This document shows, in pieces, positions 45,246 to 59,389 of a stretch of 64,000 nt of DNA (positions within the stretch are counted from its first letter, which is position 1; the number at the start of each line of letters is the position of its first letter). Position numbers and translations under genes: made by a program. Below the pieces are notes generated by a model. The model searched no databases. It had not been told where the DNA came from and was given only the letters and a program-made list of their open reading frames with translations. Source of the DNA: Lingula anatina (Eukaryota > Animalia > Brachiopoda); assembly GCA_051362555.1 (NCBI GenBank), contig CM120647.1:14918651-14982650 (forward strand). Reading direction: 5' to 3'.

Positions 45246-47301
45246 TGTACAGAAGTAATAGACTCTGTGGACTTCAGCTGCTGTACAGACAGAGTCAAAA
45301 GTCGGTCTTAAGTAAAAATACCAAAATACTCTGAATGTGTACTTTCACCCAAAAAAGTCAGTATTAGGCCTTTCAAAGGAGGGGATATGAGGGGGTGTGT
45401 TTTACTAAGGCAGATTTGCTTATGTTTAAGGACAAGAGTTACTTGAATTATTCAATGGACAACCACGTCTATCCTGGGTTTAAGTACTGGTACACCAATT
45501 ATTTTCTGTCTTAAAAGTTCAGACCAGCAAGCTCTTACTCTTTTTGTGAAACTGGGGCAGAATTGGCCATATTAATTAGAACATTGGCAAATCCAGAGCA
45601 CACCATATGTCAGCTTACTCAGTCTACAATGATTGAGTACTTCTAAGAAGACCGTATGACAAGTAGTTCCTTTGGACTTAAAAGACTGATGCCAGAAGAC
45701 TCTCACTTAGCTACCAATTTCTAGACAACCAATTTTCAAAGTAATTCATTAAAAAGGTCAACTAGTCAGTTGTAAAACAGGCAACACTGCATGCTTCTTC
45801 TACTGATTACCTTCTAACTTATAATATAGAAAGAAGAGTTGGCACTAAGGTTGGCAAAGACAAGTAATTTTTCTGCCAAATTTTAATTATTTCGGCTTTC
45901 TTCTAAGAGGAAGCACTGCATTTATTTAATCTCTGGCATTAAATTATCACAAGCACCTTAATAAGACATTTAGAAGATCATAATAGGATAGGATTCAGGG
46001 AGATTTAGTATCATTTTTATAGAGATTGGCAAAATAAGAAAAATTTACTAGAAATTATATTACACATACTGTCAGCATTTTATCATATTTAGATGTTTCA
46101 AATGTAATACTGATATGTTTCAATATTTCGGTAAAAACAAAAAAGGGCATTTCGGATACCAGGGTGTTGCAATAATGTATAAATATATACTGTTTTTTGT
46201 CCTTTTATATGGCCAATTTAAAAGTGATATATTTAACAAATTAAATCAGGTTAGAGTGATAGATTTGAAGCCAGTAAATATTAGTCCATTTATGAATCTC
46301 AATGTTGATTTTTTTCCCCCATTTCCATGTTAACAACTTATTTAATGGAGGTGGAAAATGGCTCACTGAAATTTTCTGTGATTCGGTAGCAAATAGGTGT
46401 CAAGAGTGACTGGTAATTGAAGTACCCTTGCCATTTGTTTGTGCCATTGCTATGGTTACTCGTCTTTGGGCAGCCAGCAGCATTCATTTTGGGGAAGACG
46501 CAGCCACTTTTGTAAATTTGTATTAATTAATTTTGTTGAAGAAAATACCATTTTACCTTTACCATGAATTGTAAGATAAGATAGTGTGATACTATATGAA
46601 TTGCTGCCATTATGTAAATTGATATCTGAATTTTGGAATAATTGTGCTTGTTTGTCCACAGAGGCTTGTTAGTTGTTCATGAAGTGGACTTATTACATGG
46701 TTTTGTATCTAGGATAGCATTTGTTAAGTCTTTACGTGGAATGAAATTGTTAATTTTTCAAGAATTTTTTCGAGTCTTGCACCAAGTTAATAAAATGTAA
46801 CATATGATGAAATTACATATGCGTTTATCACTGACAACTTGCTTCCATCATTAGCACTTCTGTGGCATTGCTTAGAACTGTTATGTGGATGCCACCAAAC
46901 TCCACCTGGCTTAATTCACTTTAGCCAATGCCTGTATCATTCCACATCTCTAATTATTTTGGGCCACAAAAATGAAAATGATTTGGGGTTTTTCCTCCCC
47001 GAATAAACAATTATACGTTTATGTAGTTGGCTGTACCGCTTTAGATAATTGGATAAAAGAAGCAAGCCTGGTGTTGAATATGTAAAACTACATAAAACAA
47101 AGCTGTATTTTCTTTACAATAGTTTTTTTTTTATTTTTCATTTCTCATAATTTCTGTAAACAATGATGGCAATTCAACTGCAATGAAAAGCAGACACTTT
47201 CCAAGCAATCCACTTCTCGACCTCCTTCCACAGTTGACTTTCACTTCAATTTATTTCTCCAACAAGTTTCGCGGACATCAGAGGCACAGTTCTTTAACTT
47301 A

Positions 47302-50300
47302 TTAAACCATTTTTCTCAAAAGATTATTAATCTTGACGTCCCTGTCTCCGTAATCACCACCGTCTACGAAGTGGTTGGCCTTCTTGCGCCAGCCGCCGTT
47401 GGGTGTGTTTAGCTTGAAGGGCCAGAGGAAATTAGAGGCTTGCTTGAAGTTGGGGCCCACTGTCATGATCTCGTGGATAAGATCTTCCATACAGATAATG
47501 CCGTATTGACCTGGAATTGAGGAATAAATTATGAAGATTACTCAGCATCCATTTTCGAGTCACATTTTCTTTTTCAGTTTCAATATCATTTATTTATTTT
47601 TATATTTATCCAATTCTGAACTCATAAAGCCCGTCTATAGAAGACAACTCCCGTTTCCTGAAGAAAAATTTAAATTGGAAATTTTTCTCCTATTGACAAC
47701 TAATTAAAATCACCATGATCTCAAACAAATCTTATAATTATAATGACTTTTTGTAAGGTGTTTTTTCTTTGGTACTAGCTGTAATCATTATGAACACACC
47801 CAACTCAAATCTTCAAGAAACTCTCTTAAATCATCCCCACTCCTCCAAAAAAAAATTCATTTACCAGATTAAACCCACATAAAAAATATCAATAATTGAC
47901 AGCTATACTGTATCAAAAACCTGTGTTTTATTTCTACTCACCCAATTGCTTCTCAATGATCTCATTGTCTGTGAGGGGAATGCGCTTGCCGTTCACCTTG
48001 CCGTAACCACGCTTGTAGATTAGCTCACGCACACTCTTCAAGTTGGGGTAGCTGCAAAGTAGAATACTTCCATTTATTATGCTTCAAATTTTCCCACTGG
48101 TCATCTGGTTTAGCAGGTTTTAACAGTGATGACCATGAGCCAGGTTCACAAGGAAACTTTTCATATCAAACACTGGCCTCAACTTTTACATTAAAAACTT
48201 GCAGTTAACTTCCAGCTGTGGCAAGACTTTTTCACCTATTGGCACTTAAGGACACCAAGGTCTAAAACAATTGTGGCACCAACATAAAGATAGTGGACAA
48301 CATTTAAACAGATTTAAGAATTAACAAAAGAAATTATAGGCCCAGCTTTTACTGGCATTAGACTTAGGAATAGTATTATAACAAAGACTGTTACTCAGAC
48401 CCAAAACACTCAGCAGCAAAATGTTTAGATTCAGATGTTACTAAATTATCAGATGGAGAATGCCTTACCCCCATGCAAGGTATGGTTCTGCTATCCTCAA
48501 CATGTTCACTGTTGCCTTGTTGAGGCGTACGAAGACGCCATTGTTGATCTGGCGCAGTCTGAACAGCTGCATGATCTTACGAGGACGAGGGTGAACGCCA
48601 TTGATACTGAAATGGATGAATACAGGAGAGATGTGTATGTAATGCAGGTATGTAAAGTATGCACACATGTACACCTACAAATAATCCTCTCCTGTCTCTC
48701 TCTCCCTTTCCCCTAATCTCTCTGTCTCTCCCATCTCTCTCTCTCATATGTACATATGCACATTAGTATGCATGTGCACACATACACGCAAGCACAAGCA
48801 CATAAGACACAAGGCCATACTTAGTTGCAGGGTTGAGGAAGGAAATGTTCAGGGGCGGATTTAGGGCGTCTTCTGGGTCTTCCGGAAGACGGTCAGATTT
48901 TCAAGTTTACATTGACGGGTATCTAATTTTTTTCTGTTGGAAGACGGTCAAAATTGGAGGATGAATCAACAAAGATAATTTGGAAGACTGTCAGTAAATA
49001 GCTTTGGATCCGCCCCTGATGTTAGCAGATTTTTTTTTTCATAAAATTGACAACTTTGACACCTATGGAGTAATGCTACGAGTGGCCATTTTATTGCTGA
49101 CATAATAACTCTAAGGGATTTTTGTAGCAATCTTCTGCAAAGAATATATATTTCAGGAAATAGTTTAACTTTGTATTACAGTCAAATGGAGAGAGAGAGA
49201 GAACAATACCTGAACAATAATCTACGATGCCATTTTCAATTTCATTTAAAACAATATTTTTTCACAAAAGTTTTAACACTCACCCTCTGATTCTCATGAC
49301 AAAAGCCAGTTTTGGCTCTGCAGGTACATAGAAATTTCCAGCCTTCCTGGCTTGGCGAGCTAGGCGAATGTCATCACGCTCCTTGATGCGATATTCTTTT
49401 ACATATTTCTCAGCCCTCTTGAAGATCTCTCTCCTGTTTGCCCTGTGCTTCTGCAAGTGAAGTGTGTGGTTTGTAATATAAAAAATATGAGAAAATTTTA
49501 AACTGCAGTCAATGTAGGTTGACCAAAATAGCAGACACCAAAATCACTAAGCCTGTGGAGTTATTTTGATATAATCAATAATATTATCAACTGTTTGGAA
49601 TTCTAAATTTACTTCTAAAATGATGACCTTCATGATAACAACCACGCCAAACTGTTACACTTCATAGCAGACGTGTCGGCTATGCTACGCATTCTGTCAC
49701 TCCCCTTCTATCCTTTTTTCTCCCCTCTCTCTCTCCTCCTCCCCCCCCCCCCCCCCCTCATCCACACACAAAACAATCTCTCTCTCTCATCCTCTCTTGA
49801 TCACCTGATTCCATATCATTAACTGTGCTATTAAGACGTACCTTCTTGGCCAACAGGGTTGCCTTGGCCCTCTTCGCCCTCATTTCGGCATTTTGCTTCC
49901 TTTTCTTCAGCAGGCTCTCCGGCACTTGCGGAAGCCTTTTCCCAGCGCTGAAAAATCAATTTCGTCGATGAAATGTCAAACTACTGTTGCTGAGGGCTTA
50001 ATTAAGTCGGCGCCGTCTATTTGACAAATTTCACTTTTTATGCTTACATATCCATACGTTGTCTCTTAATGTAAGTATTGTAAAACTAAGTCTTGTCTAA
50101 ATTACCATTATAACTTGACAACGCAGCACATTTATAAACAGACATTACCATCTAGACAGTTGGATTGATGTTGAATCCGTCTACTATTCCTTAGACTAAG
50201 AAAGGTTGTAGAAATTTTGACAGAGCACTTCTTTAATTAAGGTTAAATCAGTCATTTACTAAAACCGCGCAGGGTAACCAAAGAAAGATGTCCACGACAG

Positions 50301-50491
50301 GTAGTGCACAGGGTAAACTGTAGAGCGTGTTTCATGAAAATGAACCACCTCATTAAAGAAATATCATGAAGCATAGCAAGGAAACGGAATGAGATAAAAG
50401 CTGTGGAAGTCAATTTCATTTCCATGATTGACATATGTGTGGATTAAAGAGATTTTTATCGGGGCCTTCGATTCACGTACCTATCCGCCAT
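47302..50491 (-). CDS. RPL7: 60S ribosomal protein L7 (uL30), 6 coding exons
   Basis: Exons 50481-50491, 49842-49947, 49284-49450, 48469-48606, 47942-48051, 47302-47510: [109 protein letters not shown]. Confidence 0.98.
48850..49018. mobile_element. 169-bp MITE with 5-bp TSD (hAT5-like), copy 2, in an RPL7 intron
   Basis: CAGGGGCGGAT..ATCCGCCCCTG; TSD ATGTT on both sides; colinear with 31364-31534. Confidence 0.88.
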
Positions 50492-50621
50492 GTTGGAAGT
50501 TTTAAAGAGGTTGAACATACGGGTCTTTTAGAGCAGATTAGTTTCCGGTTCCGGGTCATTTAACGTAAACATCGGTGAATGAGTTTCGCTGATCAAATTG
50601 CTATTTTCGAAATACAACAAG
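50492..50621. promoter_or_regulatory. Bidirectional promoter RPL7 / SDR gene, including probable non-coding first exon of the SDR gene
   Basis: TCT/TOP-like CCTCTTT on minus (50504-50510), tandem ETS sites TTCCGGTTCCGG (50543-50554), strong plus-strand donor AAG/GTAAGG at 50621. Confidence 0.6.
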
Positions 50622-51450
50622 GTAAGGTGGTGTTTTTTCTATCTAATTGTGCTTGAATGCAGCATTTGGTTTTAGATTGTGTTCTTCTCATAACATTGTA
50701 AGTTTTTTCGATTGTAATAAAAAATCAAAATTGCATTTGTCAATGATGTCATCCAATTTAATATCTAATTGTTCTTGGTCAAATAAATTATAAATCTGCG
50801 CTGGTCTCTTTGTGAATTGTTGCCAATAAATTATTTTTAGCGGCAAACACGAAATTTTCTCTTTTGAAATGTAGCATTGATAATCTGTTTTGTCTAAAAA
50901 GAACTTGTTGTGTTCGAACAGAATTTGCTGGGTTGTCTTAAATTTCTTTCTATTTTCGGGCGAATAAATAACTTAAAATATCATGTTGACTAAATAATCA
51001 TAATTACATTGTTTCCAAGGGCACACGATATTTTAATAACATAATAATAGTCAGTATCGTATCAATTTCCAATTTTGAGAATATTTTTACCAGTAAAAAG
51101 AAAGAAAAGAAGCCTACTACCGGGTATATGTTTTTAACTACTAGCTAGTACTTCTTTATAGTTTACAAAGACAAAATACAGTTACTTTATTAAACTATCA
51201 CTTTTAAGGTTTACTTACTATACAGTAACATTTGAAAATGCCCCAAATTCATATTAATAATGTCTTAACTAGGATCCATCTTACCGTATGTTGTATCTAA
51301 ATATCCTGCAATTCAGCTACTTTCATCTTTACTGCTGAGTTCAGATCTTCCACAAATTAAACACTAAAAAGGTCACATATAAAAGTACTTGTTAATGCCT
51401 TTTGAATTGCCAGGAAAACATGGCAGGTTGAAAAGATTCATGATTTGTCT

Positions 51451-51625
51451 GAACTGCATTCAGAACAGTGGACTAACTAGTCCAAGGGTCAAATATGGCT
51501 GCCCACTAAAAAGCTTGCCCTCTAATCTGCTCATAGACACCGAATAGATTCACTGTGAGAAAGTATTCAAGTGGGTCGGCCATATTTGACCCTCGGACTA
51601 GTTAGTCCACTGTTCGAATGCGACC
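51451..51625. mobile_element. Palindromic MITE (PIF/Harbinger-like)
   Basis: About 50-bp inverted arms GCATTC(A)GAACAGTGGACTAACTAGTCC..GGGTCAAATATGGC..CCCACT / AGTGGG..GCCATATTTGACCC..GGACTAGTTAGTCCACTGTTCGAATGC. Confidence 0.8.
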
Positions 51626-52464
51626 TGAAACTTGTTTGTTTAGAAATGATACAAAACATCACATCCATTTGTGACAGGTCAAGTCGATTCAGAAATAGAA
51701 AAAAATGTTTTAATTTTTTTTTTTTAATTGAGGAAAATTAGATTTATTTTGGAAATCTGGTAAACATATGTATATACCTTATTGCTATATTGAGCTCATT
51801 TACCAGTTTCGTTTGTTTCTTTGTTTGTTTATTTATTTGTATATTTTATAGCACCTCTTGCCAACATCAGAAGGCAGATGGCTTGACACAGAGAAGTAAA
51901 AAATAAGGTAGGAGAGTTACATTCTCACTAGATACTAGATAGGCCTCTGCATGCATAATTAGAGTTAGTGTGTAGAGGGCATGTGACATAGTATGCCTCT
52001 TCATTGTCTGTATTCAGAAAGGGACAAGAACAGGTCATTAAACAATGTATTTTAAAGATAAACTTACCTGAGCTTTAAGGTTACACCTGCGGCGTGTTTC
52101 TTTGTTGCCCGCTCATTCATAACGCGACCTCTGACACTTGCTATTGTCAGATGTTCTTTGAAGCAATGGGGTTGACTGGGGCATGATGAAAGGCATATTT
52201 TATTTCAGTCAGTCTGATTTTTAATAGAGAACTGGCTCTTATAGAGCTGCTTCCTGAATGACTCTATTACTACAAGTTGAATGTATGTTTATGCAAAGCT
52301 TTAGAAAAGCTAAATCTGTATAATCCATATTTAGTTTCAAATCAATCTTCATTTCCAAAACAGTCATTATAGTTCATTTACCCCTTTACTAGTTTGTGTT
52401 TGTGTGTGTGTGAGTTGTCATAAATGTGTGTGTGTGTTGTCTTAAATTTCTTTCTTTCTAGTCT

Positions 52465-52496
<32 letters not shown>

Positions 52497-52607
52497 CACA
52501 CACACACAATTGCAATTAATAAATAAATAAATAAACAAAAGACATGCAATTGTGTACTAGTACAAATGCTCCGGACTGTTGAGCACTCTGTTCAAAACTC
52601 ACGCTTG

Positions 52608-52608
<1 letters not shown>

Positions 52609-52688
<80 letters not shown>
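52609..52688. repeat. (TA)n microsatellite
   Basis: Direct inspection. Confidence 0.95.
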
Positions 52689-52692
<4 letters not shown>

Positions 52693-55099
52693 TTTTTATT
52701 ACCACTTATTTTTTGGAGGAAGACATTTTTGACAGTTCAGTAGAAACTACTTTCAAATTCAAATCAGGCATTATGTTAAGCCCTACACATTGTATTCTTA
52801 TAAGCTCCATCTCACGAGCCCAAGGGTTTTTCAAACATGTTAAATGGGCCAGCTTGCAAAAAAAAAAAAAAAAAAAAGTGAATTATAACAGCAGGGATTG
52901 AAATATTTAGGAAACAGCTTATGGCATATAGAGGGTTGTTTTGTAAGTAAATATTTTACACATTTTTAAGAGCAATTGCTGTTTATTAAAGATGTCATTG
53001 GTGCACTCAGTGTTATCAGTTTAATTGTCTGGCATGTCCCCTTCACAAAGCAACAGTGACATGAACAAGAACATGGACCACAAAGTTTTCCTGATTTTAC
53101 CCAAGTACTTACTAGTACGGTTACAAGGGGGCGTACCAGACAATTAGACCAATTACATTGACTGCGCCATAGTGAGAATCCTAGCTGAGATAGATTGATT
53201 ATGCTGGTACAATAACTTCTTTTCTGAATACAGCCTTTTACACCACTGCAGTTGTGTTTATTAGATCTGCTCGTGTCTTCTGGGCATTGTATGTAATGCC
53301 CCATTCCCGTAGTCCCCATCAATAAAGATCTGTCCAACTTTGCAGAGACTCTCACTAGGAGCAATCAGCTTAAATGAATGACCCACCTCCTCTTGTTTCC
53401 AACATACTCACATAATCCCAGCTTTTAGTATTTTACTCAATGCTAGGAAGAACTGTGTCATTCAGTTGAGCTGATTGTATTCAGCGAGAGTCCCCACAGA
53501 GTTGGATTGATCTACATAGTCTGATGGTATCTATGGGAGTACTGTCTAAGCTTAAGGTTTGTTCTAAGTCTGTTAGTTAAAACTGGTGTGAATGCGACTA
53601 ATATTTTGCCAGACACATTGGTCAAGATAAATGGTCAGTTATGTGTGCACTATGTCTGGGCTAATACTTAATCTGTTGTTATTGAGCCGAGAGAGAGAGA
53701 GAGGAGGAGGACATGAAAGGTAAGCGACCATGACTTGATAATATTATGTCATTCTTGACTACATATATATATAACAGTGAAAATGTTATTTTTAATCTGT
53801 TTATTTATTGATTGAATTATTGATTGATTTGAAAAGCTTTAATGTTTAGGATTTCAAAATATTATAAATGATCAGAATTTATCTTGAGCAACAGTGCACA
53901 CATTCGTCTGGGTATGGTATGACACCCTACATTTTAGGGTGTATATTTTATACCAAATTCATGATAATTGTTATAAGTATATATCTACATGGTTTTAGCC
54001 GAGTCTGCCATTTTTCAGTGAAAATGCATGTGGTGCAAGAAAAGTATTGGTACACTGTAGACTAGGGAGACTCACCAAGCCTTCCAACATTTTTTAATCA
54101 TGTCATTTTTAAATGCAGAAAACATTGGGTTGGGGGTAAGAGGAATGCCCCTCCCCATCATTAATTTTCCCCTACTCCCCCCCCCCCCCACCCCCACCCC
54201 CACCCCTTCCCAACCATCTTAGTTGCTTGATAATATTACTTATATACTGGAGCTATTCATTGTATCATTTTTGGTTTATAAACTCAGGAAGAAATCAGTT
54301 TAGTTTACATTCAGGCCTGTAGCCTACAGTTTCAGAATGAGAGGTAGGGGGACATTACTTCAGAAAAAGTTTACGTTTTTGTTGACTCAGTTTCAGAAAT
54401 GGTCAATAACACAAGTACTGTTTACTTCATAGTTCAGAACTGACCTCTTTTATCAGATAACAATGGAGGTTAGTAGGTAACTGACACTGTGGCTCTCGTC
54501 CCAGTTTATCCAATAATTCTTTTTTTTTTTTTTTTTTTGAGAGAGAGAGAGAGAGAGTGAGACTTTTTTCTTATAGTCTATAGGCATGGGTGAAAGTTTA
54601 CCAGATTATGCCAGATTTCTGGATTTTTATTCTTTATTTTTGTCATTTTTTTCATATTGTCTAAAGGTGATAAGGAATTGTGAGCTATCAAAAAGAAAAA
54701 AATAACACTTCTGGTAGTCTAGATAAATATCTATAAATGACCAACTTTATTCACATATTTGCATGGGTGAAAGTTTGCCACATTATGCTGGATTTTAAAT
54801 CTTCATTTTAATCATTTTTCTCAAATCATCTAAAGCCATATGAGCTACATTTCCGTAATGAAGAGTTTTTACTCTGAGTGCTATTCTATTTTGATGGAAG
54901 TGTTTCTATAATCCAAATGTTCTTTGGTCTAAAGGTTCATTGGTCTGAAAAACCAAACAACTATATGCATGCTGCTGAACTTTATTCATGCATTAATTCA
55001 GACTATCAAACTTTCGGACCAATGAACCTTCAGACTATTGCTACAGCCCCAGTTTGATAATAAATGGTCTTTTTCCTGCACACTTCAGGCAGCACCATT

Positions 55100-57601
55100 A
55101 TGGATGTGGCCAGAGATGCCCTGCACCTGCTTGGTCAAGTGACCAGTAGCCTGATCTGGGCAGTCGTCCACTTCATCTGGCCACCCAAGGAGAAGGACAT
55201 CTCGGGACAGTTGGTGCTCATTGTAGGTATGTAGCTGTTTTTGAAGGGAGGTGGGGGGTGGGGGGGGGGGGGGAGGTGTCTTCTGTTGCTAGACATATCT
55301 TTGGAATATATATATATTTAAAATTGTATATATGGAAACCCCAATGAGACATGCACTTTTTTCAGTGCTCTTTGCCTGATGCTTGCTACATTTTAAGAGA
55401 TGAGCCTGAGATGAATTTGAATAAATTATATCAACAAGTTCAGTTTTAAACACTTTAAATATTGTTTTTGACTTCATTTTTAACTGCTGTTTCAGGAGAT
55501 GGTGATCTTTCTCACCAGATGGCACTGTTGTTTACATCAAGAGGAGCAAGGGTTGTGACCTGGGGTGCCCTAACTGACCAGGACAGTGATGGCAGTGATG
55601 TCCAGCTAGTCAGGGTGGACGACACGTGCCATGTAATGAGGAGTACCTGGAGGTGAGGGAGTAAACTGTGAGCATGTGGTCACCTAGTCCACCATTTTTT
55701 AATGTTCAAGGACTTATTTAAGACCTATTTTATGAAAGGGGGGAAGACAAAGTCACTAGTCTGCTGTTATTTCTGCTTCCACTGTCCTCTAACGATACTT
55801 TCATTTTATTCATTTGTAAGACTTTTGGCTATGTTGAATCATTTTCATAATATTTCATTTTATATATTGACACTCTTTATTTTGTGTCTGTAAAAACTTT
55901 TAAGAGTTAAAAGTTTAAGCTTTTTATTTTACTTATGTCTACACAAGTGTACCCATGGCAGAGAAGGCTGTAAAAAAGATAACGGAAGAACTAGGTCAGG
56001 TTGACCTACTTATAACCAATAGGATTCCCAAAGACAAACTCACTCTCCTAGAGGCAGACCCAGACAGCATTAAACAGACATTTAAGGATAATTTCTTTGT
56101 TCCACTGTGGGTAAGGAGACAGTATCCAACTGGATAATGTGATGGTATGCTCCATATATGACATCAGTCTCCTATCAAACAATTTTGAGTGGGGTGGGGT
56201 TCTTTTTTTGAAAAAGGGGACCTTTTACCATGACACCTTTGTGAACCTAGATCAGTTTTTACCCAGAGCAGACCTTTTCCTGTCAAAAAGGGGGTATTCT
56301 TTCAAAACCCTCCCCCCCCCCAGACAAGAATCGGCATCATCCTAGGTTGCCAAAAGTCTCAAAAATTATTTGTTGCTTAAAATTGGATTAGTCTTTGCTG
56401 TGGGATTTGGTGAGTGAGGTCAAAAATGGATCTGCCACATTGTAGTTTTCTGTTTCTGTTGTTTTCTAAGTTGATGTTCTGAGTTTCACCATTGAAAGTT
56501 GACAATGCTTCACATGGATTGTTACACCTTTTCAAATCTGTTGTGATGTCCTACACTGCTATAAATATCGATATATGTTATAAGTGATGCCCATTGATTT
56601 TTTGTCATCACAAAGATGTGCATAAAAATTTAATAGTTTTACATTATTTCTGATTAGTATGTATCTGCATGTTATCTTTTTGAGGAAAAAATGCATCCAT
56701 CAAACATGATCTTTTTCCACAGAAAAACAGAATTCCTCATTTTTTGTGGAAATTCTGATGGTTCTTGAGATTAGTCAAGGTTAGGTGTTGAGTCCCAGAG
56801 TTTTTTTTTTTTTTTTTTTTTTTTGTTCAAACCTAGGCTCATGTCTGATCCATATTTTTTTTCAGGTGATGAAATATTTTGGTGCTAAAATGCTGCAACA
56901 AAAACATGGCCACCTTGTCACCATAGCAACTTCTGAACATGTCAGTGATGTCAGCAGTCATATGACAAGATGCTCCACAGCAGCAGCTTGGGTGGGGCTG
57001 GCAGATACATTGGGGAGTGAAGTGTTTTTCTGCAAAGATTGGGGGATATACAACACATATGCTGTTATTGAAAGGTACTGGTACTTATTATTTGGCAGAG
57101 TGTGGTCATTGGTCCTACAGTATGAGCATTACCTATACTTCCAGGTCTGTTTTCCAGAACCATCCTACAATGATTTGACAGCATCAGTAAGATATATTTG
57201 TGTCCAAAATGTTTTCTTCCTATGTGAGAAATATCTTTCTTTACCTTAAAGTTTAAAATGTCTGTAATTTGTATAATGAAAATGAAAGGCTTTTTAAAAA
57301 ATTTTTTTTCAGATCGGATAATCAGAAAGGGGCATCAGAGAGAATTGTCAAAGCTGTGCTAACCAATCAGATGCAGGTTTTCATTCCAAGGTCTCTTTAT
57401 TGGTTAGCTTTTTTGAAAACGTAAGTTCTCTCTCTCTCTCTCTCTCACACACTTGAAATTTGGTTTATTAATCTTTGATGAAATTATTTATTAGAGGAAT
57501 TATTTATTAGAGAAATTATTTATTTATTTTCCCTTGAATTTCTCCCCAGTCTTCTACCCCTGGATGCAATGCAACTCATCTATAGGTGGCGCCAGAAATA
57601 G
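55100..57601 (+). CDS. SDR16C-type (retinol dehydrogenase / HSD17B11-like) short-chain dehydrogenase with degenerate cofactor and catalytic motifs
   Basis: Exons 55100-55226, 55496-55652, 55948-56110, 56866-57074, 57313-57420, 57550-57601 in frame: N-terminal membrane anchor, PPKEKDISGQLVLIVG, EELGQVDLLITN, MLQQKHGHLVTIAT, IVKAVLTNQMQVFIP. Possible in-frame upstream exon (ATGAAAG, 53713-53719) and UTR exon at about 51852-51908. Confidence 0.85.
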
Positions 57602-59389
57602 GATTAGAAATAGGAAAAGACCAAGTGATGGATATGGGCAATCATGTTTAGGGGAACTTTGCCAGTTACTTCTAGTTCTTCCTGTTGTTCTGTGGATTTC
57701 TTTAAGTCTGTTACCATATTGTTTGTAACACTAAAATTAATTATTAACTGGAAACCTGTGTTTATTGCATACATTTATAATATTAGATCTGCTTAATATA
57801 ATTAATGCAGAGGATAATGTATGTGAGTATCTTTAATTAGTGTTCTCTTTCACGGAGTTTAATATGTTTATTACGCATTTCGTTATCAGTGAAGATGAGC
57901 AAAGAAAAAAAAAGGTACTGGAAAGGAAAGGAATGAATCAAGGAATAAGCTGAAGTTGACATTTGATATCCAGGGATAAAATTGGAAGTCTATTAAAATT
58001 AGTTAGAAATTCTCAGTATTTTGAACAAGTGATCCAAGTCTCCTGGCTGTCTTTTGTTGGTTGTCATAGCTTCCACACATGTCCAGTTATTATAATTATT
58101 ATTGCCTGTATCTATTTATTGTTTTTTAAAGTTTGTATTGTTATAGTGATGCCTTATCACATTGCTTGTTATGTTAAATTGTGAATATAATGCTCAGTCT
58201 ATATACAGTTTATTACTGTAGTATGTATGGCATATGTTTGCTTCTATAAATATATGGATATTTTTGTGTCTGATGTATTTATTATGTGGTGTACAAAATA
58301 TTATGTTTTTACCAGTAAAAAATATTGCTTTTATATAATATTTTAACGGAAAAAAAGGTTGGAAATGAAAAATTCTGAAAATCTTAGGAAGTGTTATGTT
58401 GACTCAATATGAAGCCAATCATTAAATATTGTTTTTTGTTGTACCTCGGACTTCATTGGCATTTTAAGTTATTTAAAAAAAATATAAACTAGAATGATTA
58501 AAAGTTTTGTTATTAAAAATTATAACCTCCTCAGTTAAAGTGCTATGATTGCTAAAATTTACCTATTTATCAAATTGAATACAGTGAATAGGAGTGAATT
58601 AAGTAATATGCTGGAAGAAGTGTTTGTATTTTTATCAAATTTTTATTTTAATTTAACACTCACAAAATGTGAAGTATTTTTGGCTGTTTATGCTACATGT
58701 ACATTGTGCAAAAGACAATCATATTTTTTTTTCATATGGCATTTGATGATTAGGGAGGTAAAACATTAAGTGCACTGTTTAGCCAGTGGTTTTAGGCATT
58801 GTTTTAGAATATAAAAAATATTTTCAATTACTGAGTACATAATTGGAGATAACCCTCAGAGTATGTTTTAACTGAGTTAAAAATTATATCTTATGACTCC
58901 AATATAGATATTGTATTTTATTAGAACTCTTGAAATATAGTTTTTAACCAGAGGGTTAATTGGAAGGATATTTTGTTAGTATGAAAATATTAAAAATGTT
59001 ACCGCTCACTATGAATGTTTTAATTTTGAGAATTGATGACTTAAAAAATACATTATCTGTAAATTGACAATTTTCACATGGAAAAGATTGAATTTGTACT
59101 GTTCTCTTAAAGATGATGTGAAAAATATGGCAAAAGTAGGCATTTGGTCATGAATGTGCTTATGAATATAGCTACTATTGTTGAAAAGTTTTAAGATGTC
59201 TCATATAGCAGCAATATTTTTGTGTATCATCACTCAGTAATGAAGCAACATATTATGGTCAATAAAGTCATGTTTAAAATAATTCTTTGTATTTATAATA
59301 CAAGGTGCCTGGAAACCTGGTCCAATTCCCATTACTGTCTAGTACGGGTGGCATTTGTTCTGCATATCAACTCTGCTACTTCAGACTAA

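Noticed and set aside
47540-47560. GAAAATGGATG-CTGA in the last RPL7 intron resembling a snoRNA guide
   Set aside because: On the host strand it is identical to, not antisense to, 28S rRNA, and no C box was found.
54583-54850. Local duplication GCATGGGTGAAAGTTT..ATTATGC (similar short duplications at about 4663/4817 and 44763/44879)
   Set aside because: Ordinary degenerate tandem duplication with no structural or coding signal.
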